A DNA stretch of 64,000 bases from Rubripirellula sp. (GTDB lineage: Bacteria; Planctomycetota; Planctomycetia; Pirellulales; Pirellulaceae). The position numbers and the translations under genes were made by a program. The stretch spans positions 1,024,001 through 1,088,000 of the forward strand of contig OZ244207.1 in NCBI GenBank assembly GCA_965216875.1, in the 5' to 3' direction. The notes beneath the pieces are model-generated. The model was not told where the DNA came from, did not search any database, and was given only the letters and a program-made list of their open reading frames with translations. Shown piece by piece: positions 17,025 through 24,878 of this stretch (its first letter is position 1; each line of letters opens with the position of its first letter).

Positions 17025-19396
17025 TTTGCTGTCCTCTTTTGAAACGGCGTGCTTTCGACAATTCCTAGCACGATCGACGAAAATCGATAGTCGTTGTCCC
17101 TGGCGTTGCGAACGATGTTTCGCACCGCGGGCCCATCATAAGATTCTATTCCGCGCCCGAGTGCGTACACGAGCAGTTTTTCCGTGAGAGCTTGGACAAA
17201 CAGGTCCGGATTCCCCAAAATCGCACGTTCCAGATCATCTACCCCTGCGACTTCGCTGCCATCGGGAAGGATTCCCGAGACATCAATGGTCTGATCATCC
17301 TCAAACTCACGCCATCGACCGACGGCGTCAAAGTTGTCGAGAGCAAAACCGACCGGGTCGATCAAGTCGTGGCAGCTCGCACAGGCTGGGTTCGCTCGAT
17401 GTTGCGCGAGGCGATCGCGAAACGACAAGGCGACCTGCTCGTTCTTCTCTTTCAGCGTTGGAACATTGGGCGGGGGTGGCGGTGGCGGCGTGCCAAGGAT
17501 GTTTTCCAGAATCCAATTGCCACGGATGGTGGGCGCCGTGCGGGTGGCGTAGGAGGTCACCGTCAAAATGCTGCCGTGACGCAGGATGCCGCCGCGGTGA
17601 CTCGCCGGGGCGACTTTGACCCTTCGAAAGTGGCTTCCGAAAACGTGTGGGATGTCATAGTGCCTTGCAAGTCGCTCGTTGAGAAACGTTTCGTCCGACG
17701 CGATCAATGTCATCACGTTACGGTCTTCTCGCATCACGCTTTCAAACAACAGCTCGGTCTCACGCCGAAACGCGTTGCGAAGGTTGTCGTCAAAGTCGGG
17801 GAAACGCCGCAAGTCGGGCGTGACCGAATCGAGGTTTCGCAAGTAAAGCCATTGGGACGCAAAGTTATCGACAAGCGATTCGCTCTTGGGATCTTGCAAA
17901 ATTCGCACGACTTGACGCTCGAGAACGTCGGGAGATCGCAACCGCCCGGCGATCGCTTCGCCAAGCAATTCGTCATCCGGAATGCTGCTCCAGAGGAAGA
18001 ATGACAGCCGCGAGGCGAGTTCGACGTCGCTGATTAAGTAGTCGTCGCCAAGTTGCGTCCCCTCTGGCTCGACCTCGACGCGAAGCAAAAAGCTGGGGTT
18101 GACCAAGATCGCTGCGATCGCCGCTTCGATTCCCGCGTCGAATTTCTTGCCGCCATCGGAGTGCTCGTCAAAAAACTGCATCGGGCCATCGATGTCTCGA
18201 TCAGAAACTGGCCGTCGATAGGCTCGGCGCGCGAGTTTTTCAACGATGCCGCGAGCCCGTTCTCGAGACGGCGCCGATGAGTTCATGTCTGAAAAGATCC
18301 GTCGACGGCTTGGCGTCGCACCTGGTCCTTCGGGATCAAAGGGGCCAACGATCGAGATCTCGAAGATCGCCGGGTTTTGCCGTGGATGACGATGCCGGTT
18401 GTAGGCGGCGTCAAAAGGCTGACGCTTGATTTCGAGCAGCGACGATGAAGTGTTCGGAAACGTTGCCGCCACTTTGTGCGGTCCAGCTTTGACTGCGATT
18501 CGCACCTTCAGATTGGCGTCGATCATCGTGTCATCGCGTTTTTCGTAGCTGTTCTTGCCCGAGGGGGCTTCCACCACGAACTGATGCACGCGTTTTCGAT
18601 CGACAAGCAAGTCGATGGGGTGTTTGCCACGCAGGCCTTCGATGTTTTCGTCGCGGTCACGTGTGAGCCGCAACTGGAATTCATAGATTCCGTCTTGCTC
18701 GAAGTTGTGCTCGACCAATCCGCCACCGCGTGTACCGAGCGGCAGCCCTTCGATGTGAGACTCTTGGGTCAAATCAGCCGGCAGACGGAAGTTCACTCCG
18801 CCAGGTGTTCGTTGTCTGCCGCCAATGGCGATGCGGCTGATGTGCTGTGCCGCCGTGATGTAGCGACTCAACAAGACTGGCGACAACTCGCTGACCGTCA
18901 CGTTGTCAAAGCCATGACTCGATTCATCAGCAGGTAACATCTTTTGAACGTCGACATCGATTGCCAAAAGGTCGCGAACCGCATTCTGGTATTCCCGACG
19001 AGTCAAACGCCGAATCGACTCCGTTCGACCTGGTCGAGGGTGTTTGGCAGCGTGCTTGTCGAGCGCTGCAACCAACGCGCTGATCGCTGCGCGGTATTCC
19101 TTTTCGTCGGGACGGTCAGCATCAGCCGGTGGCATCTGACGCGATTGAATCCGTCGAAGCAGTTTTTCCCAGTGGGTGCTGTCCCATGTCGCACCTGCCG
19201 AAGCGATTTCGGTGACATCGAAACCGTCAAGGTCGAGGTTGCCCACCTTGTCGGCATCGTTGTGACAATCAAGGCAATAGCTTTGGACGAAGTCAGATAG
19301 GCCATCGAGATCGGCTTGACCATCGAGGTCTTGCCCAAAGGTGGCCGCTGATGAAGTGACGAGAATCAGCAGGGAGAGAAGAAAGGATGCGCGCAC
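17021..19396 (-). CDS. Planctomycete cytochrome c / DUF1592-family protein
   Basis: CLDCH and CASCH heme motifs, IRRLTRREYQN, ELASRLSFFLWSSIPD and DNFDAVGRWR. Start set at GTG 19396 before the signal peptide; the ORF-track extension overlaps the ArsR gene. Confidence 0.9.
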   Translation of the reverse strand: MRASFLLSLLILVTSSAATFGQDLDGQADLDGLSDFVQSYCLDCHNDADKVGNLDLDGFDVTEIASAGATWDSTHWEKLLRRIQSRQMPPADADRPDEKEYRAAISALVAALDKHAAKHPRPGRTESIRRLTRREYQNAVRDLLAIDVDVQKMLPADESSHGFDNVTVSELSPVLLSRYITAAQHISRIAIGGRQRTPGGVNFRLPADLTQESHIEGLPLGTRGGGLVEHNFEQDGIYEFQLRLTRDRDENIEGLRGKHPIDLLVDRKRVHQFVVEAPSGKNSYEKRDDTMIDANLKVRIAVKAGPHKVAATFPNTSSSLLEIKRQPFDAAYNRHRHPRQNPAIFEISIVGPFDPEGPGATPSRRRIFSDMNSSAPSRERARGIVEKLARRAYRRPVSDRDIDGPMQFFDEHSDGGKKFDAGIEAAIAAILVNPSFLLRVEVEPEGTQLGDDYLISDVELASRLSFFLWSSIPDDELLGEAIAGRLRSPDVLERQVVRILQDPKSESLVDNFASQWLYLRNLDSVTPDLRRFPDFDDNLRNAFRRETELLFESVMREDRNVMTLIASDETFLNERLARHYDIPHVFGSHFRRVKVAPASHRGGILRHGSILTVTSYATRTAPTIRGNWILENILGTPPPPPPPNVPTLKEKNEQVALSFRDRLAQHRANPACASCHDLIDPVGFALDNFDAVGRWREFEDDQTIDVSGILPDGSEVAGVDDLERAILGNPDLFVQALTEKLLVYALGRGIESYDGPAVRNIVRNARDNDYRFSSIVLGIVESTPFQKRTAN

Positions 19397-19691
19397 GGAT
19401 GACGTCGAATTGCGTGAGGAATAAGGAAGGTCTTCTGTAGGTGGGCCGCCGCGTACCCAATTGTAGCGTGGAGGCTGCGAATTCCCAATTCGGAAGTGGC
19501 ACGTCCGCCGATTCATGCCGCCCGAAATAGACCCACCTGACACAGAATCCCTCTGTGCGCGAAAGACCAGCGTCAAAACCAACACCGGCCAATGCAAATC
19601 GGCTCGGCGTTGCCGGTTTGACTGCCTCGGCGTTTCCGGCTTTTCGGGCGGTCGACCTGCTTCAGCCCGTTTGGAAGGTAGGAAAGATATC

Positions 19692-19719
19692 TTGACATAT
19701 CGTGACGTCGCGATATGTT
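19692..19719 (+). promoter_or_regulatory. Sigma70-like promoter overlapped by an ArsR-type palindromic operator
   Basis: TTGACA-N16-TATGTT. Palindrome ACATATCGTGAC|GTCGCGATATGT (19695-19718, one mismatch). Confidence 0.75.
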
Positions 19720-19747
19720 TAAGTAACCAGGAGTGACGTGCCGATCC

Positions 19748-20089
19748 ATGAACAAGAAAAAGAAACCTGCCAAGTCTGCTGACACGACCAAGCCGGTTGG
19801 AAGCGTCCAAGCGTTTGTCGATGCGGCCGAATGCCTCAAAGCACTCGCCCATCCAGTCAGGCTGCGGATTGTCCAGTTGCTGCTCCACGGCCAGTTCACC
19901 GTGGGGGAGATCGCCGAGGATTGCGAGATTCCTGACAATGTCGCGTCGGAACACCTTCGGTTGCTGCAGCGTTGTGGGTTTTTGATCAGCGAGCGCCAAG
20001 GACGCCGGGTCTACTACCAAGTGGCGGAACCGCATTTGGAGCAAATGATGGCTTGTATCGAAGGTCGATTTTTGGCCAGCGGCGCCTGA
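19748..20089 (+). CDS. ArsR/SmtB family transcriptional repressor
   Basis: LKALAHPVRLRIV...TVGEIAE...ASEHLRLL...RQGRRVYY. Confidence 0.93.
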   Translation: MNKKKKPAKSADTTKPVGSVQAFVDAAECLKALAHPVRLRIVQLLLHGQFTVGEIAEDCEIPDNVASEHLRLLQRCGFLISERQGRRVYYQVAEPHLEQMMACIEGRFLASGA

Positions 20090-20110
20090 GCGTCTCTCTT
20101 ATTTTGAACG

Positions 20111-20134
20111 ATATATCGTCACCTCACGAGATAA
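20111..20134 (+). promoter_or_regulatory. Second, degenerate ArsR operator
   Basis: ATATATCG-N8-CGAGATAA has the same spacing as ACATATCG-N8-CGATATGT upstream of the ArsR gene. Confidence 0.55.
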
Positions 20135-20170
20135 CGACAGCTGACTTCAAGCAAACTTGAAAGGAAGAAA

Positions 20171-20722
20171 GTGATGAACACCATCTCGCCAAAACGGCTC
20201 GCAGACACCAACGCATCGTCGCCCGTTGAGTTGATCGACGTACGGACGCCGGTGGAGTATCGCGAGGTTCATGCAACGCCAGCGCGCAACGTTCCTCTCG
20301 ACACGCTCGATCCTGAGGCGCTGATGGGTGGCCGCAATGGGAATGCCGGTGAGCCGCTTTATGTGATTTGCAAATCGGGCGGTCGCTCGACTCAGGCTTG
20401 CCAAAAGCTGATCGCCGCCGGACATGACAACATCGTCAACGTCGAAGGAGGCACAGACGCATGGGTTGATGCGGGGTTGCCGGTGCAGCGTGGAAAGAAA
20501 GCGATGGCACTGGAGCGGCAGGTACGCATTGCCGCTGGAGCGTTGGTCCTGATTGGCGTCGCACTCTCCTTCTTCAATCCTTACTTCCTGGGCCTCTCCG
20601 CCTTTGTCGGTGCAGGGTTGGTCTTTGCCGGTGTCACAAACACCTGTGGCATGGGAATGCTGCTGGCCAAGATGCCATGGAATCAGGTGAGAGGCTGCGA
20701 CAACGGATCATGCTCGGTTTAG
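20171..20722 (+). CDS. Rhodanese domain + DUF2892 membrane protein (YgaP-like sulfurtransferase)
   Basis: LIDVRTPVEY, active-site CKSGGRS, and C-terminal ERQVRIAAG...AGVTNTCGM...KMPWN. Confidence 0.9.
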   Translation: MMNTISPKRLADTNASSPVELIDVRTPVEYREVHATPARNVPLDTLDPEALMGGRNGNAGEPLYVICKSGGRSTQACQKLIAAGHDNIVNVEGGTDAWVDAGLPVQRGKKAMALERQVRIAAGALVLIGVALSFFNPYFLGLSAFVGAGLVFAGVTNTCGMGMLLAKMPWNQVRGCDNGSCSV

Positions 20723-20801
20723 CCCCGTACTCGTGCTCGTAATCGGCCTGAGCAATTTCGGCCGGATTGATAACGAGTACCGCAATGCTGAGCACGAATT
20801 C

Positions 20802-20825
20802 GTAGGGTGTGTGCTTGCACGCACC
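20802..20825 (+). repeat. REP-like family E (GTAGGGTGTGTGCTTGCACGCACC)
   Basis: Identical copy at 21254-21277 and an inverted variant at 21292-21315. Confidence 0.85.
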
Positions 20826-20861
20826 AACACGAGATTGATGCGCGAAAGCACACGAAAGAGA

Positions 20862-20922
20862 GACGTGAGACGAGTGGACGCGAAGAACCGCTCTGGTATC
20901 GCCGACGCACTCGTCCCACATC
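20862..20922 (-). ncRNA. Long hairpin directly 3' of the tRNA-like element
   Basis: 15-bp stem GATGTGGGACGAGTG / CACTCGTCTCACGTC with two G-U pairs that form only on the minus strand, followed by a pyrimidine run. Confidence 0.5.
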
Positions 20923-20926
20923 GCAG

Positions 20927-21002
20927 TGACCAAGGAGGGAGTCGAACCCCCAAATTCACGAGCCTCTCATGCTCGCCGCTTTGCCGGTTTGCGTACTTGG
21001 TC
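20927..21002 (-). tRNA. Non-canonical tRNA-Leu(GAG)-like RNA (possible pseudo-tRNA or tRNA mimic)
   Basis: Cloverleaf: GACCAAG/CTTGGTC acceptor + A73, D arm CGC-AAACCGGCAAA-GCG, anticodon arm CGAGC-ATGAGAG-GCTCG, T arm GGGGG-TTCGACT-CCCTC. Deviations are a 7-nt variable region, A at position 32 and no encoded CCA. Confidence 0.8.
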
Positions 21003-21030
21003 GCAAGAAGTAGTGTCCTGATGGCGCAAC

Positions 21031-21061
21031 AAAAAAGGCTCGATGCCAGTGACATCGAGCC
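21031..21061 (-). terminator. Intrinsic terminator (attenuator) upstream of the tRNA-like RNA
   Basis: GGCTCGATG-TCACTGG-CATCGAGCC-TTTTTT on the minus strand. Confidence 0.85.
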
Positions 21062-21089
21062 GCTACGAATTGCATTCGTTTTGCCGATC

Positions 21090-21176
21090 TCACACGGGCC
21101 TATCGCCTCCGCTCTCACCACATGAGAGTGAATCAAGCGAGCAGGAGGTGCAGTTGTATGGATAACGGCTATTCAT
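21090..21176 (-). CDS. Putative 28-aa attenuator leader peptide MNSRYPYNCTSCSLDSLSCGESGGDRPV
   Basis: Manual translation, below the ORF-track cutoff. The stop lies 28 nt before the terminator and inside the predicted antiterminator arm. Confidence 0.6.
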   Translation of the reverse strand: MNSRYPYNCTSCSLDSLSCGESGGDRPV

Positions 21177-21211
21177 GATTCAATGCGATTCTTGGGGGTC
21201 TGTTGAAAGGT

Positions 21212-21238
21212 AAAGACAATCGCCCCTCGCGAAGGTTC
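21212..21238 (-). promoter_or_regulatory. Putative ECF-sigma promoter GAACCT-N15-GTCTTT
   Basis: Resembles the RpoE-type GAACTT-N16-TCnAA consensus and sits about 35 nt upstream of the leader ATG. Confidence 0.5.
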
Positions 21239-21253
21239 ACGCATAAAAGCAGC

Positions 21254-21315
21254 GTAGGGTGTGTGCTTGCACGCACCGATCGCGTGACATTGGTGCGTGC
21301 ACGCACACACCCTAC
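21254..21315. repeat. Inverted pair of REP-like family E
   Basis: GTAGGGTGTGTGCTTGCACGCACC ... GGTGCGTGCACGCACACACCCTAC. Confidence 0.85.
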
Positions 21316-21340
21316 GAAAGAACGCCTGGACAATTATCCG

Positions 21341-22240
21341 TCAAACGCGGATGGCGACGCGCAGTTTGGCGCTTCGCGAGCGTGGGTTCTCGGCGACTTC
21401 GCGATCGCTCGGTCGAAGCGGTTTCTTGGTCATCACTTGCCAGCGTTCATCGTCGCTAAATGCATTCTTGACGATGCGGTCTTCGAGCGAATGAAAACTG
21501 ATCACCGCAACGCGGGCACCGCTTGAAAGCCAATCGGGCGCCGACTTGAGTGTGCGTTGCAGGATATCAAGTTCTTCATTCACCTTGATTCGCAGCGCTT
21601 GAAAGGTACGCGTTGCCGGGTGAATGTCATGATTCTTGCTGCGTGGAACACAGCGTCGGCAAATGTCGACCAAGTCGTTGACCGTTCGCACCGGACTTTC
21701 GTTACGCCGCTGGGCAACGATTTCGCGGGCGATCCGGCGACTGTAGCGTTCTTCGCCATATTGATAGATCACGTCGGCGATCGCTTGCTCTTTGTTCCAG
21801 GCGAGCCAATCAGCAGCACTGCAACCATTGTCGGGATCAAACCGCAAGTCGAGCGGGCCATCTTCGGTGAAACTAAACCCACGCGAGCGATCGGCAAGCT
21901 GATCACTCGAAAGGCCGAGATCCAGCACGAGTGCGTCGGCCGCTTCCAGCTCTGTCGCCGCCAACGCTCGCGGTGCCGCTTCGTAGCTTCCCAAGAAAAG
22001 GCTGAGTCTCGGGTCGTGTGTTTCGGTCTCGAAACGCTCGGTGACGGCGGGATCGCGATCGAGCGCAATCAAGTGCTTGAGGTGATCGCCCAGTGTGTCG
22101 ATCAGTCGTTTCGAATGTCCGCCGCCGCCGTAGGTGCCGTCGACGACGATTTTGGGCAGGGCGATGCCATCACCAATGTCTTCCGCGACCCAATGAACGA
22201 TTTCATCGGGCATGACCGAAACGTGACAACTTTGTGTCAT
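21341..22240 (-). CDS. rsmH: 16S rRNA m4C1402 methyltransferase
   Basis: DGTYGGGGHS, DLGLSSDQL, HPATRTFQALRI.VN.EL, VISFHSLEDR and NPRSRSAKLR. Start overlaps the upstream stop (ATGA). Confidence 0.96.
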   Translation of the reverse strand: MTQSCHVSVMPDEIVHWVAEDIGDGIALPKIVVDGTYGGGGHSKRLIDTLGDHLKHLIALDRDPAVTERFETETHDPRLSLFLGSYEAAPRALAATELEAADALVLDLGLSSDQLADRSRGFSFTEDGPLDLRFDPDNGCSAADWLAWNKEQAIADVIYQYGEERYSRRIAREIVAQRRNESPVRTVNDLVDICRRCVPRSKNHDIHPATRTFQALRIKVNEELDILQRTLKSAPDWLSSGARVAVISFHSLEDRIVKNAFSDDERWQVMTKKPLRPSDREVAENPRSRSAKLRVAIRV

Positions 22241-23223
22241 CCAAAGACGCTCTTGACTGTCTTGCTGCAGTGAAGGGCTTTTTCCAAGTTCCCGCTGACC
22301 TCTTTGAGGCGATTGAGGTCGCCCCCGCCAACTTCGGCGGCGAGCCAACCGGTGAACTTGATGTCCTGCAACGCCTTCTCGACTTCAGGCCAATTGATAT
22401 CCCCTTCGGTGATCTTGGCCCAGCCTTGTTTGGCGCGCGAGTAACCCTTGATGTCCAATTTTTTGATACGAGGACCAAGCGTGCGAATCCAGCCCGCCGG
22501 GTCACCGTACTTCCAATGGTTGCCGATATCGAACTGGACGCCAACCCAGGGCGAATCGAAGGCATCGACAAACTGAGCCAACTTGTCGGCGGTTTGGTCG
22601 TCGCTGCCATCGTGGTCGTACAAAAAATGGTTCCAGACGTTTTCGATCAAAATCGAAACACCGTGCTTTTCGGCATCCGGAAGCGCTTCGCGAATGCCCG
22701 CCATCGATCGTTCGAAGACTTCGGCTTCGGAGCCGTCCTTGCCGTGGCCTGGGACAAGCAGCATGGTGTCGGCGCCAACCGCTGCCGTTTCGGCGATCCC
22801 TTGTTTGAGCCGCTTGAGTGCATCGGCGCGGACTTTGGGATCGGGATCGCTATGTCGCACGCCCCAGTGATAGCCGCCAACCGTACCATCGATGATCAAG
22901 CCACTCGCTGCTGCGGCCGCCTTGGCTTGTTCCACATTGATTCCGGGCGTGTTGAGTTCGACCCCTTCGAATCCCGCTTCTTTGGCAGCTTTGAACTTGG
23001 CAACCAAGTCTCCCTCGACCCGGATCATGCCGATCTTGAGCGTCTTGCGCAGCCAGGGCAGTTCTTCTGCTGGCAGGGGATGCTCTTTGCCCCAAAGTTG
23101 ACTTGTCGCTGGCAGCGTCAACGCAGCCGCCGTCGCGCCTGCCATCGAGCGAACAAATTGACGTCGAGATTGTTCAGGTCGCATGTTTCTATTCTGTGGG
23201 TTGTTCATTTGTTTCGCACTCAA
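22237..23223 (-). CDS. Tat-exported sugar phosphate isomerase/epimerase (xylose-isomerase-like TIM barrel)
   Basis: SRRQFVR leader, IENVWN, FDIGNH, KLDIK and GWLAAE. Confidence 0.88.
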   Translation of the reverse strand: MSAKQMNNPQNRNMRPEQSRRQFVRSMAGATAAALTLPATSQLWGKEHPLPAEELPWLRKTLKIGMIRVEGDLVAKFKAAKEAGFEGVELNTPGINVEQAKAAAAASGLIIDGTVGGYHWGVRHSDPDPKVRADALKRLKQGIAETAAVGADTMLLVPGHGKDGSEAEVFERSMAGIREALPDAEKHGVSILIENVWNHFLYDHDGSDDQTADKLAQFVDAFDSPWVGVQFDIGNHWKYGDPAGWIRTLGPRIKKLDIKGYSRAKQGWAKITEGDINWPEVEKALQDIKFTGWLAAEVGGGDLNRLKEVSGNLEKALHCSKTVKSVFG

Positions 23224-24566
23224 ACTTGTTCAGGACCCAAGCAAACCAATTCTTCGCCAACGCGAATCAACAAGCGTCCTTGCGAATAAGCGGGAGTTGC
23301 ACCGACTGGGGCTCCCAAATCGACTTCACCGAGTTTCTCGAATGTGTCACTTGCCTTCAGCAGCGTTGCTTTTCCATCAAGGCTGATCAGCAACAGCGTT
23401 TGTCCAACAAGGATGGGTGACGCACCAAAGTTCCCTCCGATCCGCTTTTGCCAAACGCTCTCGCCTGTCTTTGCGTTGATGCAAGAGGCGATGCCTTTGT
23501 CATCGACCATGAAAAGGCGATCACCGCTGACGACGGACGTCGGAACATAGGGGGCACCGCGATCGATGCGGTAAACCGATTCGGGTTTGTCGGAGGATGA
23601 CTTGGGGATCTTTACGGCGACAAGGTGATTGCCGCCCCCGCCGCTGCCGCTTGATCCGATCACCAGATCACCAACGATCAATGGTGAACTGCAGCATCGC
23701 ATTTCGAACACCTTCAAGTTCCAAAGCATCTTTCCAGTCTTTGCGTCGAGTGCGAACATGCCGTTGCCGGTATTGGCGTCGATGATTTGCGTTGTTCCAT
23801 CGGCTGCTTCGTAGATTGCGGGAATGCCGTAGCACGAGCGCGTCGTCTCGAGCGGTGTTTCCCAAACGGTGTCGCCGGTCTTGCGATCGACAGCGATCAT
23901 GCGGCTTTGCCCTGGGGCATCACCCGGCTTGATTTGGTCGGCTTGTTGAGAATTGAAAAGCAGGACCATCGAACCAAAGATCCGTGGCGAGGTTCCGAAT
24001 CCGTGTTGACTTTGCCAGCTTCCAAAATCGCGTTTCCAGACCACGTTGCCGGCATGGTCAAGGCAGACGAGGAAGGTGTGATTCGGATCGCTCCAAGCGA
24101 CGAAGACGTTTTCTGCGTCGACCGCCGGCGTGCTTGAGGCGTAAGTATTGCGACGGTGTTGGTGATGGCCCGCCTGATCAAATTCTTTTGACCAGTTCAA
24201 ATCGCCCGAGACCAGATCGATGGATTCGACCGCGATCTTTTGTTCGTTGGGTTTGGACACCATCAGGAAGACGCTCTGGTCGTGTACCACGGGCGAACCG
24301 ACATCGCGCGAACCCAAGTTGCGGCGCCAAACATAGTCGCTCTCGTTCCAACCGAGTGGCATGTGGCCCGTCGCCACACCATGAGCGTTGTCGCCGTGGA
24401 ATTCGGACCAACCACTGGGGCTTTTGGCAGACGCCTCGGTTGCCGCAGAAAGGACCAACGCCAAGGCGGCCAACACAGCGAGGGCCGATGCTGGGGACGA
24501 CAGGAATGCAGGGCGCAACAGGGATGCAGGGCGCAGGAGCCCGTGCAGCCGGATGGATCGCTTCAT
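23220..24566 (-). CDS. PQQ-like (BamB-type) beta-propeller protein
   Basis: Signal peptide, W.EFHG, and repeated A.D..TG...W blades (STPAVD, SSPLI, GASPIL, ATPAY). Confidence 0.88.
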   Translation of the reverse strand: MKRSIRLHGLLRPASLLRPAFLSSPASALAVLAALALVLSAATEASAKSPSGWSEFHGDNAHGVATGHMPLGWNESDYVWRRNLGSRDVGSPVVHDQSVFLMVSKPNEQKIAVESIDLVSGDLNWSKEFDQAGHHQHRRNTYASSTPAVDAENVFVAWSDPNHTFLVCLDHAGNVVWKRDFGSWQSQHGFGTSPRIFGSMVLLFNSQQADQIKPGDAPGQSRMIAVDRKTGDTVWETPLETTRSCYGIPAIYEAADGTTQIIDANTGNGMFALDAKTGKMLWNLKVFEMRCCSSPLIVGDLVIGSSGSGGGGNHLVAVKIPKSSSDKPESVYRIDRGAPYVPTSVVSGDRLFMVDDKGIASCINAKTGESVWQKRIGGNFGASPILVGQTLLLISLDGKATLLKASDTFEKLGEVDLGAPVGATPAYSQGRLLIRVGEELVCLGPEQV

Positions 24567-24878
24567 CTTTGGATTGATCTCGTAAAGGTGATGTTCAACG
24601 CCCGCCCAGGCATTCGGGCCGAGGTTTTTGGGCACCCGCAATGCAAACGGCAAGTGACCGGCAGTGGATGGATCGGGAAGGCGGGTGGGGACGCGAGGCG
24701 GGATGGAATCGGGGGTGGGATTGAATCGATTTGGACAATCGCAACGGGCAACGTCGACTCAACCTCTGTGCATTGTAAGCGCTCGACGCCAATGTCGCTC
24801 GTCTGATCACACCTGCGTCCTAAGTTTTCTCGACCACTTTCTCACCGTTCACGACGCACCGGCAAGTCCCGCACCACC

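Noticed and set aside
19397..20044. N-terminal 215 aa of the 1007-aa ORF-track call
   Set aside because: It overlaps the clear ArsR gene and its promoter on the other strand. The signal peptide begins at about 19396.
20862..21002. Y RNA / Ro60 locus or prophage attachment site
   Set aside because: There is no Ro60, rtcB or integrase gene in the window, the Ro-binding consensus is only loosely matched, and no duplicated tRNA 3' end was found.
22234..23289. 351-aa plus-strand ORF
   Set aside because: Antisense shadow of the epimerase gene with no recognisable motifs. The same applies to 17192-18004, 32113-33003, 57813-58778 and 61757-62569.
24676..24720. G-quadruplex in the G-rich intergenic stretch
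   Set aside because: It is better explained as the complement of the C-rich leader seen before many genes here. There is no independent support.
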